Shown: positions 49,730 through 63,701 of the stretch, piece after piece
Position numbering within the stretch: the first letter of the stretch is position 1
Layout: each line of letters begins with the position of its first letter
From: Felis catus
Taxonomy: Eukaryota
Assembly: GCF_018350175.1 (NCBI RefSeq)
Contig: NC_058369.1
Coordinates: forward strand, 16,618,001-16,682,000
DNA length: 64,000 nt
Reading direction: 5' to 3'
Program-made: the position numbers and the translations under genes
The notes under the pieces: model-generated
The model's input: the letters and a program-made list of their open reading frames with translations, nothing else
What the model was told of the DNA's origin: nothing
The model's database searches: none

Positions 49730-50210
49730 TAATATTGCTGATGGTTTGGATGCAGGAAGTGAGAGAAAAACAAAGATAAATCCTAAATTTTTTACCTCAG
49801 CAACTGATGACTGATGGAGACTGTTGGAGACTTATGGAGACTGGGGGAGAAACAGGTCAGGGGATGTGGGATTAATAATTCTGCTTTGAACATATTAAGG
49901 CAGAGAATGTTGCTAAACATTCAAATGGAGATACAAAGTGACCAGTTCAACAATACCAGTCAGGAATTTAGAGGAATGCTATAGATACAAACACATAGAT
50001 TTTGAAGTCATCAGTGTACAAGTCTACATGATATCTACTAGGGAGAAAGTATAGCTAGAGAAAAGGGCAGGTAAAAGGACAGGGCCCAGGATTGAGCATT
50101 TGGGAACATTAGTATTTACAGGTCATAAAGAATGATAAGCCACCAAAGGGACAAAGGTGAAGAAAACAGGAGAGTGTGGTCTTGTGGAAGCCATGAGAAG
50201 AAAGCTTTTA
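49730..50210 (-). mobile_element. L2 fragment
   Basis: ttgctgatggtttggatg...tcagcaactga...ggagagtgtggtcttgtggaagcca purine-rich reverse L2. Confidence 0.65.
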
Positions 50211-50277
50211 AATGAATGAACAGAGAAATTCAGAAGCGATATGCTTCCCACTCTTAACTAGTTTTCATATTTATCTT

Positions 50278-51048
50278 TGTATGTTATCAGTTGCTACATA
50301 ATAAAACAGTGATTTAAAATAAAAAATAGTCATGGGGCACCTGGATGGCTCAGTTGGTTAAGTGGCTGACTTCGGCTCAGGTCATGATCTCACGGTTTGT
50401 GAGTTCAAGTCCCGCGTCAGGCTCTGTGCTGACAGCTCAGAGTCTGGAGCCTGCTTCAGTTCCGCGTCTCCCCCTCTCGCTGCCCCTTCCCTGCTCACAC
50501 TCTGTCTCTCTTGCTCTCTCAAAAATAAACATAAAAAATTTATTTAATAAAATAAAAAAGTCATTTATTGTGCTTACAAATTTTCAGCCTGGTCAGGACT
50601 CAGGCAAGGAAGGTTAGTCTCTGCCCCACATGGGATCACCTGGGACAGCTCTACTGAAAGCTAGCAGTTTTGTTTCCAAGGTGGCTCACACATGCTGCAG
50701 TCAAGTTGGTACAGGCTGTTGGGTGGCAGCTCAGCCAAGGCCGAGGACCAAGGCCCTTAGTTCTTCCTGTTAGACCTCTTCATGTGGCCTGGGCTTTTTC
50801 ATAGTATAGTGGCTATTTCTAACAGTGGGCCTCCTAAGAAAGAGCTGAGTAAAAACTACATTTTATGACCGAGCCTTAAGTCACATAGCATTTACTTCCA
50901 TTATACTCTATTAATTGAAGCAATCACAAGACCCACCCAAATTCAAGGGGAAAGAACATAACTCCACCTCTTAATGGGGGAGTGGTGAGGTTTTGGAAGA
51001 GCACTTTGGATGGGAAACATCATTACCATTTGGTGAAAATATCTACAC
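50278..51048 (-). mobile_element. MaLR LTR (MLT1H/J-like) split by a SINE (50334-50558)
   Basis: ttccaaggtggctcacacatg...gtcacatagcatttacttcc...aattcaagggga...actccacctcttaatggg. Confidence 0.7.
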
Positions 51049-52333
51049 AACACTAGTCTGGCTTAACAGCTAAAAAGCAAAGCCTAGCAATGTCTGCACA
51101 GATGGGTGCCAAATTTATTGACAGAGTATATTAGAAAGAAACTGCTTGGGGTGCCTGGGTGGCTCAGTCACTTAAGCGTCCAACTTCGGTTCAGGTCATA
51201 TCTCACCGTTTGTAAGTTCAAGCCCCACATCCGGCTCTGTGCTGTCAGCTCAGAGCCTTGAGCCTGCTTCAAATTCTGTGTCTCCCTCTCTCTCTGCCCC
51301 TCCTCCACTCACACTCTGTCTCTCTGTCTCAAAAATGAATAAACATTAAAAAAAAACAACAACAACAACATTGCAACCAAGTGTATAAGAATCACATTTA
51401 ATGCAGTACCTCAAAAAGAGTTCTATGTGATATATATTTCATAATTGAAGGGGAAAGCCTGGTTATAAGATGAGGCATAGATTGGGCAGATACTTTTTTC
51501 ATGTTAAGTGACAAAGACCACAACATTATTCATATTAACAATATCACTTAAATTTAGTATGTCCATATAAAAAGATCTCTTTTGAAAAATCATGTTTAAT
51601 ATTACCAGTTCTTTGCTATTTCATTTAATTTAAAGTTAAATTTTTTTAATGAAATAAAGAAAAAAGTAGACACTAGATGATATTCTTAGAAAAATGAAAA
51701 TCCCCAAACTTGGATCAAGAAGAATCAGAAAGCTTTTGGGGGTCCCTGGCTGGCTCAGCTGGTGGGACCTGCGACTCTTGGTCTCAGGGTTGTGAGTTTG
51801 AGCCCCACATTGGGTGTAGACATTACTTGAAAATAAAATGTTAGGGGCACCTGGGTGACTCATTTGGTTAGGCGTCCTACTCTAGCTCAGGTCATGATTT
51901 CACAATTCGTGGGTTTGAGCCCTATGTCGGACACTGTGCTGACAGCTTAGAACCTGGAGCCTGTTTTGGATTCTGTGTCTCCCTCTCTCTGCCCCTCCCA
52001 TGCTTGCTCTCTGTCTCTCTTTCTCAAAAATATTTTTTAAATGTTTTAATTTAAAAAAAAATCTTAAAATCAGAAAGCTTGAATAACCAGAGAGGAAATA
52101 AAGGGTAGTCAAATATCTAAAAGAGATGCCAGATTGCTTCATTAAAGAAGAAAATTTTAGAGGTACCTGGGTGGCTCAGTTGGTTGAGTGCCAGACTTAA
52201 TTTCAGCTCACATCATGATCCCGGGATCATGGGATCAAGCCCTATATCATGCTCCATGCTGAATGTGGAGCCTGCTTAAGATTCTGCACCCACTCCCCTC
52301 TCTCTCCCCTTCTGTCCCTCCTCCCTCCTGGTG

Positions 52334-52396
<63 letters not shown>

Positions 52397-52809
52397 AGAA
52401 AAAGAAAAGTGTATATGATTATCTCAGTAACTGTAAAAAATATTAATGAAGTTTAACACTCATTACTGCCAAATACGCTTAGTGAACTAGAAGCAGAAGA
52501 AAATTTAATATGAAAATGTTTATTGGAAAATTATAGCAGACATCATAATGTGGAACACTGGGAACTCCTGGGAGCTTTCCCATTAAAAGTAGAAACGTAA
52601 GTATATTGATAGCACTGTACTAGAGGGCCTAATAGATTAATTAATGCCTATAAATAAAGAGGGAAAGGAAAATATTACACATTTTCTGCAGACGATGTGA
52701 TGTAGGGTATAGAATATTTAAGAAAATCAGCTGGTTAACTAGTAGCTCTGATAAAAGTTTAATATCAATGTGGCTGGATACAAGATTAGCCTATTTTTTT
52801 TAAGTTTTA

Positions 52810-53385
52810 GGAGTCCCATGATCATTCTCAGGTCAGGTGTTTTACTAGAATGATTCTCAAGACTTACTTGCAGGCTATTCTCACAGCTAAGGCTTTATTA
52901 CAGCAAAAGATATCAAGTAAGAGCAGCAGAACAAAAATATGCCTTGGGTGAAGTCCAGAGAAATCAGACATAGGTTTCCAAGTCTTTCCCCTCCTGGGAC
53001 TGCACAGGATACACTCTTTCTAGCAGCAAACTGGAAGGATATGTGAAATGTCTGCCCAAGGAAGCTCACTCTGGTCCAGGGGTCTGAAGCTCTTATCACA
53101 GGTTGGTCACATAGGCAACTGTTTTGGCTACATGACCATCCATGATAACTGATACTCGGAACCCCAGCAGTGACATGAGGTACATCATCAATCTTGGTGT
53201 TTGTGCGAAGCAATCCTGATAAAGTGGTACAGCATCATCCATTATTCTAGGCATACAGAACATTATCAGGAACATAAAGAGCATTCTGAAGGCCATATTC
53301 TTAGTGGTTGGCCAACGGTTAACAGGGTTCTAGGCTCCCCAAGAGACATGCAAAGACTGAGCAACCAGACCTACTGTATTAACTC
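52810..53385 (-). mobile_element. ERVL-class LTR (MER21/MER77-like)
   Basis: ctcacagctaaggctttattacagcaaaagata...gaagtccagagaaatcag...ggtcacataggca. Confidence 0.6.
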
Positions 53386-53799
53386 TTTTCTTTGCAAAAA
53401 TGAACAATGTTAACCAGTTTTTTTTTTAGTGTTTTGTTTATTTTTGAGAGAGAGAGACAGAATACAAGCAGGGGAGGGGCAGAGAGAGAGGGAGACACAG
53501 AATCCAAAGCAGGTTCCAGGCTCTGAGCTGTCAGCACAGAGCCCCATGCGTGGCTTGAACTCATGAACTGCAAGATCATGCCGTGAGCCAAAGTCGGATG
53601 CTTCACCTACTGAACCACCCAGACAGTCTTAACCAATTTTAAAATGTAGGAAGGAAAGAATCCCATTCATAATGGCAACAAAAGTATAATAAACTTAATA
53701 AGAAATAAGCACACCCTATATTAAGAAAACTGAAAAAAGTAAAGTTTTAAGAAATGGGGAAATAAATGTTATACCTAGATAGAAAGATAATATTGACTT

Positions 53800-54915
53800 T
53801 TGGTTCTGGATAAAAAGGGAATAAATACACATCTTACTCCTCTACAAAGACCAGCTAAAAAACAAAAGAAAACAAACCCACAAAAACCCTGGACATTATA
53901 CATAAAATAAACCAAAATGACTCTGAAGTCTTACTGGCTTGGGACTTTGGGGTCACAGGATGATATAGTGATGATACACCTGGGTTTTCTCTTTTGGTCT
54001 CCTATACCCTAGACTGGGTGCTAGAGAAGCTGGAAACTAAGAAAGGCCAACAGGAATACACACACAAAAAGCCCCCCACAATCTGCTTCTCTAGCTCATG
54101 CCCCAAGAAAGGGGCCACCTACCAAGAGAGAAATAGACAATACTTCCCTACCCTACCAAACAACATGGAACAAAACCATGGTCTCACTCTACTCCTGTCA
54201 GCAATACCTCGGGAATGGGGAGCCTAGAGTGCCACTCCCAACTGTAATGTGGCACCACCCCTCACTTCCAGAGGGGTTGTATTAGAGAAGACTGAATGGG
54301 AAGTTGGGATTTTTTTTTTTATCCCTGCTGGTGGTATTGAGGCCCCTCTATAGTGTCAGTGGAGGCCACATGGGGATTCTGGATGTGTTCCCACCAACCA
54401 TAAAATGGTGCTCCTCCCTTTACCCTTCAGTATCAGAGAAGGCTGAGTGTGAAGATGGAACTTTCACCAACACCCAACAATAATGAGGCCTCCCCTCCCA
54501 ACAAGTCACCCCTCCCCTCTCACCCACGGTGATGTCAGGCATAGTGGGAGGTAAGATACCTGACTTCCATACAAAGGAACAAGGCACTGAGGTACCACTT
54601 CCCTCTTGAGGGATCAAGAAAGTCAAATGGGAAGTCTAGAATTTCACCCCCACCTGGCAGTAAGGAGGTGGTACCCCATTCCTCTCTGGCATGGTGTCAC
54701 AGACAACCTGCTAAAATAGATTTATGTGAGATCCAGAGTCTCAGGGGCACCTCAGTGGCTCAGTTGGTTAAGCATCCAACTTCAGCTCAGGTTATGATCT
54801 CACATTTCATGAGTTCAAGCCCCACATTGGGCTCTGTGCTGATAGCTCAGAGCCTAGAGCCTCCTTCAGATTCTGTGTCTCCCTTTCTCTCTGCCCCTCC
54901 CCTGCTCACACTGTT

Positions 54916-54953
<38 letters not shown>

Positions 54954-57500
54954 AAAAAAGGAATAAACATTAAAAAAAAAAAGTTTTTTAAAGACCCAGA
55001 GTCTCATGTCTCTAAATGTCCAGGGTACAATTTAAAAAAAAAAAGATCACTCACTATACCAAGAACCAGGAAAATTTCAACTTGAATGACAAAATACAAC
55101 TTTAAAAATGCTGACACCAAAATGAATCAGATGTCAGAATTATCTGACAAGGATTTTAAAGCAACCATCATAAAACAGCTTCATCAAGCATTTATGATGA
55201 AACAAATAAGCTTGAAACAAATAAAAGCAAAAAGTCTCAGCAAAGAAATAGAGTATAAAGTAGAACCAAATGGAAACGTTCAATTCAGTGGGTAAGCTCA
55301 AAACCAGAATGAAGACAGAGGAAAGAGCCAGTGAACTTGAAGATAAGACAATTAAAGCTACCCAATCTGAACCACAAAGAGAAAATAGAAAAAAATAATT
55401 AAATGGTCATCAAGAACCAGTGGAAGTATAACAAAAGATATACATTTGTGTAATCAGAGTCCCAGAAGAAGAGAAAGAAGGAGGGGCTGAAAAAGTATTC
55501 AAAGACATGATGGCTACATGAAAAGATGCTCAACGTCGCTCCTCATCAGGGAAATACAAATCAAAACCACACTCAGATATCAACTCACACCAGTCAGAGT
55601 GGCCAAAATTAACAAATCAGGAGACTATAGATGCTGGAGAGGATGTGGAGAAACAGGAATCCTCTTGCACTGTTGGTGGGAATGCAAACTGGTGGAGCCG
55701 CTCTGGAAAACAGTGTGGAGGTTCCTCAAAAAATTAAAAATAGACCTACCCTATGACCCAGCAGTAGCACTGCTAGGAATTTACCCAAGGGATACAGGAG
55801 TACTGATTAATAGGGGCACTTGTACCCCAATGTTTATAGCAGCACTCTCAACAATAGCCAAATTATGGAAAGAGCCTAAATGTCTATCAACTGACGAATG
55901 GATAAAGAAAGTGTGGTTTATATACACAATGGAGTGCTACGTGGCAATGAGAAAGAATGAAATATGGCCCTTTGTAGCAACGTGGATGGAACTGGAGAGT
56001 GTAATGCTAAGTGAAATAAGTCATACAGAGAAAGACAGATACCATATGTTTTCACTTTTATGTAGATCCTGAGAAACTTAACAGAAGACCATGGGGGAGG
56101 GGAAGAAAAAAAAAAAAGAGAGAGATTAGAGTGGGAGAGAGCCAAAGCATAAGAGACTCTTAAAAACTGAGAACAAACTGAGGGTTGATGGGGGGTGGGA
56201 GGGAGGGGAGGGTGGGTGATGGGTATTGAAGAGGGCATCTTTTGGGATGAGCACTGGGTGTTGTATGGAAACCAATTTGACAATAAATTTCATGTATTAA
56301 AAAAAAAAAAAAGACATGATGGCTGAAATTTTCCAAATTTGTCAAAATACATAAACCTATAGATTCAAGAAGCTGGACAAATCATAAACAGGACATACCG
56401 AAAGAAATCACCCCAAGATACATCATATTTAAACTTCTTAAAACTAGAGACAAAGGAAAAAATTTTGAAAGCAATGACAGAGAAATAACACCTATAGGAG
56501 AAGGTTTTTTTGAATGACATCAGATTTCTCATGACAAACTATGAATGTCAAAAGAAGCACATTTTCCGAGTACTCAAGGAAAAGAACTGTGAACCCCAAA
56601 TTCTACATCTGGTGAAATTATCCTTCAAGAATGAAGGGAAATAGGGGCACCTGGGTAGCCCAGTCAGTTAAGTGGCTGACTCTTGATTGGCTCAAGTCAT
56701 GCATGATCTCACAGTTTATGACATTGAGCCCTATGTTGGGCTCTGCACTGACATAGCAGAGCCTGCTTGGATTCTCTCTCCCTCACTCTCTGCCCCCTCC
56801 CCGTTCATGCACCCCCCCACACAAATAAATATTAGGGAAAAAAAGAATGAAGGAAAACTACAGAAAACTTAGAAGAACCAAGAATTTGTCACCACTAAAC
56901 ATACTCTAAAAATTGCTAAGGAATGTTCTTAAAATATAAGGAAGATGATAAAAGATGAAAACTTAGAATATCAGGAGGAATTAAACCACAATAGAAACAG
57001 TGAAAATATTGGTAAATACCTTCCTTCTTCTCTCAAGTTTTAAAAATGATGTTTGATAGTTGAAGCAATATATATATCATTGCCTGATATGGTTCTCAGT
57101 GTATGTAGAAGAAATATTTAAGACAATTATAAATAGGGGAGGGTAAAAGGACTTAAAGGGAGGTAAGGTTTTGAAACTTCATTTGAACTGGTAAAATATT
57201 AAAACCTGCATACTGTGATAAGTAATGTGTGTATAATGTAATATCTAGAGCAACTACCAAAAAACTCTATACGCTCAAAAACACTATAGATAAATCAAAA
57301 TTGAATTTTTTTTTCCAAAACGGAATTCTTTTAAAAAATCAATCAACTCACAAGAAGGCAAGAAAAAGAAAAAAAGAGAAATGGAAAATAGAAGGAATGA
57401 ACAAAACAAAAAAGAAAATGACAGATTTAAGCTCTAACATATCATTGATCAAATTAAATATAAATTATCTAAATACAGTAATTAACAGAGATTAGGAGAG
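53800..57500 (+). mobile_element. Old L1M 5' region and ORF1 remnants, interrupted by SINEs and a young L1
   Basis: ORF1-like text gagtcccagaagaagagaaagaaggaggggctgaaaaagtattcaaagacatgatggctgaaattttccaaattt...cctatagattcaagaagct. Confidence 0.7.
55516..56309 (+). mobile_element. Young 5'-truncated felid L1 (L1_Fc-like): open 184-codon ORF2p C-terminus + 3' UTR + poly(A)
   Basis: ORF 55518-56072 contains the ORF2p CCHC motif [18 protein letters not shown]; perfect 15-bp TSD aaagacatgatggct at 55501-55515 and 56310-56324. Confidence 0.95.
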
Positions 57501-58246
57501 TAAATTTTTAGGGGCACCTGAGTGGTTCAGTTGGTTTTGGCTCAGGTCATGATCTCACAGTTTGTGAGTTTGAGCCCCACATCGGGCTCTGTGCTAACAG
57601 TGTGGAACCTGCTTGAGATTCCATCTCTCCCTCTCTCTTTGCCCCTCCACTGCTTGCACTGTCTCTGTCTCTCTCAAAATAAATAAACAGGGGCTCCTGG
57701 GTGGCTCAGTTGGTTAAGCATCTAACTGACATCATGATCTCACAATTCATGGGTTCCAGCTCCATGTCGGGCTCTGTGCTTACAGCTCAGAGCCTGGAGC
57801 CTGCTTTGGATTCCGTGTCTCCCCCTCTCTCTGCTCCTCCCCTGCTCGTGCTCTGCCTCTCTCTCTCTCTTTCTCAAAAATAAATGAACATTAAAAAAAA
57901 ATTTTAAGGGAGAGTAAATTTTTTTAAATCAGGAGTCAGACACTCGACTGAGCCACCCAGGCATCCCAAGGAGAGTAAATTTTTTAAAAATCATGACTAT
58001 TATAAGAAAAGGCAAAGGCGTGGTACCTGGCTGGCTCAGTTAGAAGAGCATGTGACTCCCCATCTCTGGGTTATGAGTTTGAGCCACTGGTGGGGTGCAG
58101 AAATTAACTTAAAAAAAAAAGAGGGGAACTTGGGTGACTCGGTTGAGAGTCCAACTTCAGCTCAGGTCATGATCTCACGGTTCATGAGTTCGAGCCCCAT
58201 GTTGGACTCTGTGCTAACAGCTCAGAGCCTGGAGCCTGCTTCAGAT

Positions 58247-58296
<50 letters not shown>

Positions 58297-58419
58297 CCTC
58301 CCCTGCTCATGCACTGTCCCTCTCTCTCTAAATATAAACAAACATAAAAAAGAAAGAAAGAAAAGACAAAATAATTTGAATAAGCAAAATAATTTTGACT
58401 TCATAATTTTTTTTTAACT

Positions 58420-60583
58420 TTTGTGCTAGAAATGATACCATCCAGAAAGTAAAAACGTAACCCACTGGATGGGAGAAAATATTTGCAAGTCATATATCTG
58501 ATAAAAGACTTATATCCAAAATATATAAAGAACTCCTAAAAGTTAATAAAAGATCAATAACCCAATTTTTAAAAAAAGTGTTTTTTTAATGTTTATTTTT
58601 GAGGCAATGCAAGAGACAGAGTGCAAGCAGCGGAGAGGCAGACAGAGGGAGACACAGAATCGGAAGCAGGCTCCAGGCGCTGAGCTGTCAGCCCAGAGCC
58701 CGACGCGGGGCTCAAACCCACGAACCGTGAGATCATGACCTGAGCCGAAGTCAGACACTCAACCGACTGAGCCACTCAGGCACCCCAATAACCCAATTTT
58801 TTTAAATGGGCAAAAAAGTTGTATAGTGACAGATGGTAGCTACATTTGTGGATTTGTAGTGAGCAGAGCATGATGTATAGATTTGTCAAATCACTATGTT
58901 GCATATTAAGTGAAACTAATGTAACATTGTGTGTCACCTAAAGTTCAAAAAAAATCACTAAGAGAATAAGAAAATTTATATGCAAAATTTAAAAGGACAG
59001 GAAAAACTAGGGTTTTAACTTTGTAACTATAATGTATCAAATATTAATTTTAGAAACTAAACTTCAGAATAATCTCTTCCATGCAATAATTAATTAATTA
59101 ATCAATTAAAAAATAAAATGACCAAAGGATCTGAGTAGACAGTTTTCCAAAGAAAATAAACAAATTGCTAATAAGCTTATGAAGAAAATGTTTAACACCG
59201 TTATCATTAGGTAGGTAAATGCAAATCAAAACCATAATGAAATACTGATTTATATCCACTAGGATGGCTAGAATTAAGGCACTTATTTCCACAATAAGTG
59301 TTGAGAGGATGTGGAGAAATTAGAACTCTCATACATTGCCAGTGAGAATATAAAATTGTGAAGCCATTTTGGAAAGTAGTCTGGGTAGTTCCTCAAAAGA
59401 GAGAAAGAGCACGACAGGGGAGAGGAGCAGAGGGAGAGAGAGAGAATCCCAAGCAGGCTCCATGGCCAGTGCAGAGCCCAACACGGAACTCAATCCCACA
59501 ACCCTGGGATCACGACCTGAGCTGAAATCAAGAGTCAGATGCTCAACCGATTCAGCCACCTAGGCCCCCCAGTTCCTCAAAATATTAAATACACAGTTAA
59601 TATATAACCCAGCAATTCCACTTCTGAGTATTAAAAAATGCATCTACATAAAACTTGCAAGTGAATTTCATAGAAGCATTACTTACGATAACAAAAAGTG
59701 GAAACAACCCAAATATGTACATTAACTGATGAATGGATAAACAAATATGGTATATCCACACAATAGGAATATTAGTTGGCAGTAAAAAAAGGAATGAAGT
59801 CTGATAATATGCTACAGCATAGATGAGTCTTAAAAACATTGTTTTAAGTGAGGGAAGCCAGCCACAAAAGACCACATATTGTATGATCTTATTCATCTGA
59901 AATGTGCAAATAGGCAAATCCATAGAGACAGAACAAAGAACAGTGGTTGCCTATGGCTGACGGAGGTGAGGTGGAGAAAAGAGGGGTGACTAATAATACA
60001 TATGAGGTTTTTGGGGGGGTGACAGGTGTTCTCAGATTGCAGTGCTCTGTGGATATACTAGAGTCCATTGAATTACATTCTTTAAATGGGTGACTTTTAT
60101 TGTGTGTGAAATATATCTTAATAAAGCATTTAATAGGAGAAACCACAGGAAAAAAAAGTTGTTTTTTTTATATGCTAGCAATAAACAACTGGAAATTAAA
60201 TTTGAAAAGCAGTATCATTAATAATATAAAAATATGAACTACTTAGGGATAAATTTGCAAAGGATATGAAAGATCTATATACTGAAAACTATAAAATACT
60301 GCTCAGAAAAATTAAAGAAAACCTGCTTAAAATAAAACCTAAATTAAAATAATGCTGACCAAAATTAAGTGGAAAGATATACCTTCTTTATGGTTAAAAG
60401 ACTCAATAGTGTTGGGGCGCCTGGGTGGCTCAGTCAGTTAAGCAGCTGGTTCTTGGTTTTAGCTCAGGTAATGATCTTACGGTTCATGAGTTTGAGCCCG
60501 TGTCAAGCCCCGAGTCAAGCCCTACTCTGACAGTGCAGAACCTGCTTGGGATTTTCTCTCTCCCTCTCTCTCTGCCCCTCCCT

Positions 60584-60617
<34 letters not shown>

Positions 60618-61375
60618 AAAATAAATAAAGTTAAAAAAATGACTCAATAGTGTTCAAAAGTCAATTCTCCCCAAATTTATCTATAGATTCAGTGCAATAC
60701 CAATCAAAATCCCAGCAAGCTTTTTTGAAAACATTGACTTACTGATTCTAAAATTCGCATAGAAATTCATAGAACTAGAAGGGTCAAAACAACTCAGAAT
60801 AAGAAAAAAAGTTGGAAGGCTAATACCATGTAATCACAATAGTTATTACAAAGCTATAGTAATCAAAATAGTTTGTTTTTGACATGAAGTTAGGAACACG
60901 TATATCAAAGGAATAGAATAGAGTCCCAAAACAAACCCACACATGTAGGGACAACTATTTGTAACAAAGACATAAAGGCAACTTAGTGGAGAAAGGATAT
61001 ACTTTTCAACAAGCGGTACTTGAACAACTGGACTAACATATGCAAAAAAAAAAAAAACAAACAAAACAAATTTGGATCCATATCTCACAGCATGTACAGA
61101 AATTAACTCTAAATGAATCATAGACCTAAATGCGAAACCTCAAATTATAAAACTTATAAAAGAAAACGGAAGGGGCTCCTGTATGGCTCAGTCGGTTAAG
61201 TGTCCGGCTTCAGCTCAGGTCACCATCTCACAGTTTGTGAGTTCAAGCGCCCCCCCCCCGCCCCCCCGTTGGGCTCTGTGCTGACAGCTCAGAGCCTGGA
61301 GCCTGCTTTGGATTCTGTGTCTCCCTCTCTCTCTGCCTCTCTGCTGTGCATGCTGTGGCTCCCTCTGTCTCTCAA

Positions 61376-61413
<38 letters not shown>

Positions 61414-62020
61414 TTTTTAAAAATTTGGAAAAAAGAAAGTGGACTTTGTGAAAATTTAAAACTCCTGCTCTTCAGGGGCACCTGGGTGGCTTAGGCGGTT
61501 AAACATCAGACTTTGGTTCAGGTCATGATCTCATGGTCCGTGAGTTCCAGCCCCATGTTGGGCTGTCTGTTGTCAGTGCAGAGCCTGCTTTGGATCCTCT
61601 GTTCCCCTCTCTCTCTGCCCCTCCCCCATTTGCATTTTCTGTTTTTTCTCTCTCTCAGAAATAAATGAACAGTAAAAAAAATTTTTTTAACTCCTGCTCT
61701 TCAAATGACATTGTTAAGAAAATGAAAAGACAAAGCATAAGCTAGGAGAAAATCCTTGCAAGGCATATATCTGATAAAGGACTTGCACATGTATAGAACT
61801 CTGAGAAATCAACAAGAAAATGACACAATTTTAATGACTAGAAGATTTGAACAGGCACTTCATCAAAGAAGATATCCAGATGGCAAGTAAGAACATGAAA
61901 AGATGTTCAACATCATGCAAATTAATTATGCAAATTAAAAATGGAACAAGAGACCACTACACAACAATTATTAGAATAGCTGAAGTTAAAGAAACTGACC
62001 ATACTGAATATTGGCAAGAA
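58420..62020 (+). mobile_element. Old L1 (L1MB-type) ORF2 and 3' UTR fragments with inserted SINEs
   Basis: tgggagaaaatatttgcaa, acccagcaattccacttctgag, 3' end atatatcttaataaagc at ~60125, then further ORF2 text. Confidence 0.7.
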
Positions 62021-62021
62021 T

Positions 62022-62494
62022 GTATTGTGCTTTCTTCTTGGTAGTGGGAGGTATGAGATGCAATAATTTGTCTTTTATTTTGGAGGTGATGTCCCAGACT
62101 ACTAAACTCCTAAAAATTTTACTGAATGTGATGGACACCTGAGTCTTCAAAGGATTTATCTCCCAGCCATTGTAGCACATGAGTCTTACCAAGGACTTTA
62201 CAATACTATCCATTTATTGCTTATTTGGTTCAATTAGCATGATGTCATCAATATGGTTGACCAATGTGATGATCTGGTGGATGTCGAGATTGTTTAGATC
62301 TCTCCATTTTATAATTTGACAGAAGTCAGGAGAATTAAGGCAGCTTTGAGCATCTGACTTCAGCTCAGGTCATGATCTCACAGTACATGAGTTCGAGCCC
62401 CGCATTGGGCTCTGTGCTGACAGCTCAGAGCCTGGAGCCTATTTCAGATTCTGTGTCTCCCTCCCTCTCTGCCCAACCCCCCACCCCTGCTCAT

Positions 62495-62545
<51 letters not shown>

Positions 62546-62655
62546 AATAAGCATTAAAACAAACTTAATAAATAATAGTTTTTCACATTAAATAACTTAA
62601 AAAAAACTGTAAATGTATACTGTTGTCCATTCCAAATGAATGTGAATTGTTTTTG
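62022..62655 (-). mobile_element. ERV-L pol (reverse transcriptase) fossil split by a SINE
   Basis: Minus strand translates QKQFTFIWNGQQYTFTV (62655-62605), NSPDFCQ...TLVNHIDDIMLI (HIDD at 62255-62244), GWEINP, DITSKIKDKLLHLIPPTTKKKAQ, matching recalled HERV-L RT; contains a stop. Confidence 0.85.
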
Positions 62656-63504
62656 AGATTAGAGATTAATATTTATAAACTGTCTTTTAACACTATTATA
62701 ATATGCATAGCTTTTGTCTGTTTAGTTCACATTATTTAACCCTAGCATATGACTGAACATAATTCAGCCAAGCCCCCCACATGGTAGAAACAATTTTCTG
62801 TCATTTTATCCCTCTGACACTCTTAATTTCTGCCTCCCTAGACAGAAGTCACAACTATTTGTATCTCAGAAAGAAAAATGATATGTACACTCTAAGGAAG
62901 TACAATAATGTCCCATGAATTTTTTTAATTGAGAAATTGGTTTGTATGATAATTGGTGCTCAGATTGTACTGAAAAAGGCTAATTTCTATTGAGTTACAC
63001 AAATGCTACTTCTTTTTTCTTTTACTGTTTTATCTAACCCAAGCTATTTCACCCCTACCATGAGAAACCCAAGCAAGTTGAAATTAATCCCAAGCTTGGA
63101 GCAATAAATTAGTAGATTTCTGCTTCTCTCTGTGAACATCTTTTATTTTTATTTTTTGGTTCACCAGTTATAGTACCTGCCAATAGGACTTTTCCAGAAA
63201 TGTGTTCTTTCAACTGCAGTTTATCAAATGCTTTCTGAATGCCAACTCCTGTGGGTAGAAATAGGGGATATGGAGATAAATGAGATCATCTCTGTCTCTG
63301 GGAAGCTCTCAAACTAACTGGGAAACACTTCTAAACAGTTAACATTTCCAGGCGGTGAACAGTAACCCCATTGGTGAGTTTGTTAGTCACTTTGGACCAT
63401 ACTTGAAGCCAAGAGAGTTATTCTGTCCTTTCCCACAGAGAACCAAAGTAGTAGTCAGCTCTATGTGCTAAGTTATGATCATCCGAATGTCTTAACATGG
63501 ACTT

Positions 63505-63701
63505 TGTTTTTTTTTTTAATGTTTATTTATTTTTGAGAGAGTGTGTGAGTGGGGGAGGGGTAGAGAGAGAAGGGGTCAGAGGGTCCAAAGCAGGCTCTGC
63601 TCTGACAGCAGCAAGTCGATGCAGGGCTCGAACCCATGAACCGTGAGATCACGACCTGAGCTGAAGTCGGACACTCACCAACTGGGCCACCCAGGCACCC
63701 C
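63505..63701 (-). mobile_element. CAN-SINE
   Basis: Reverse body; TSD cttaacatggacttt. Confidence 0.88.
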
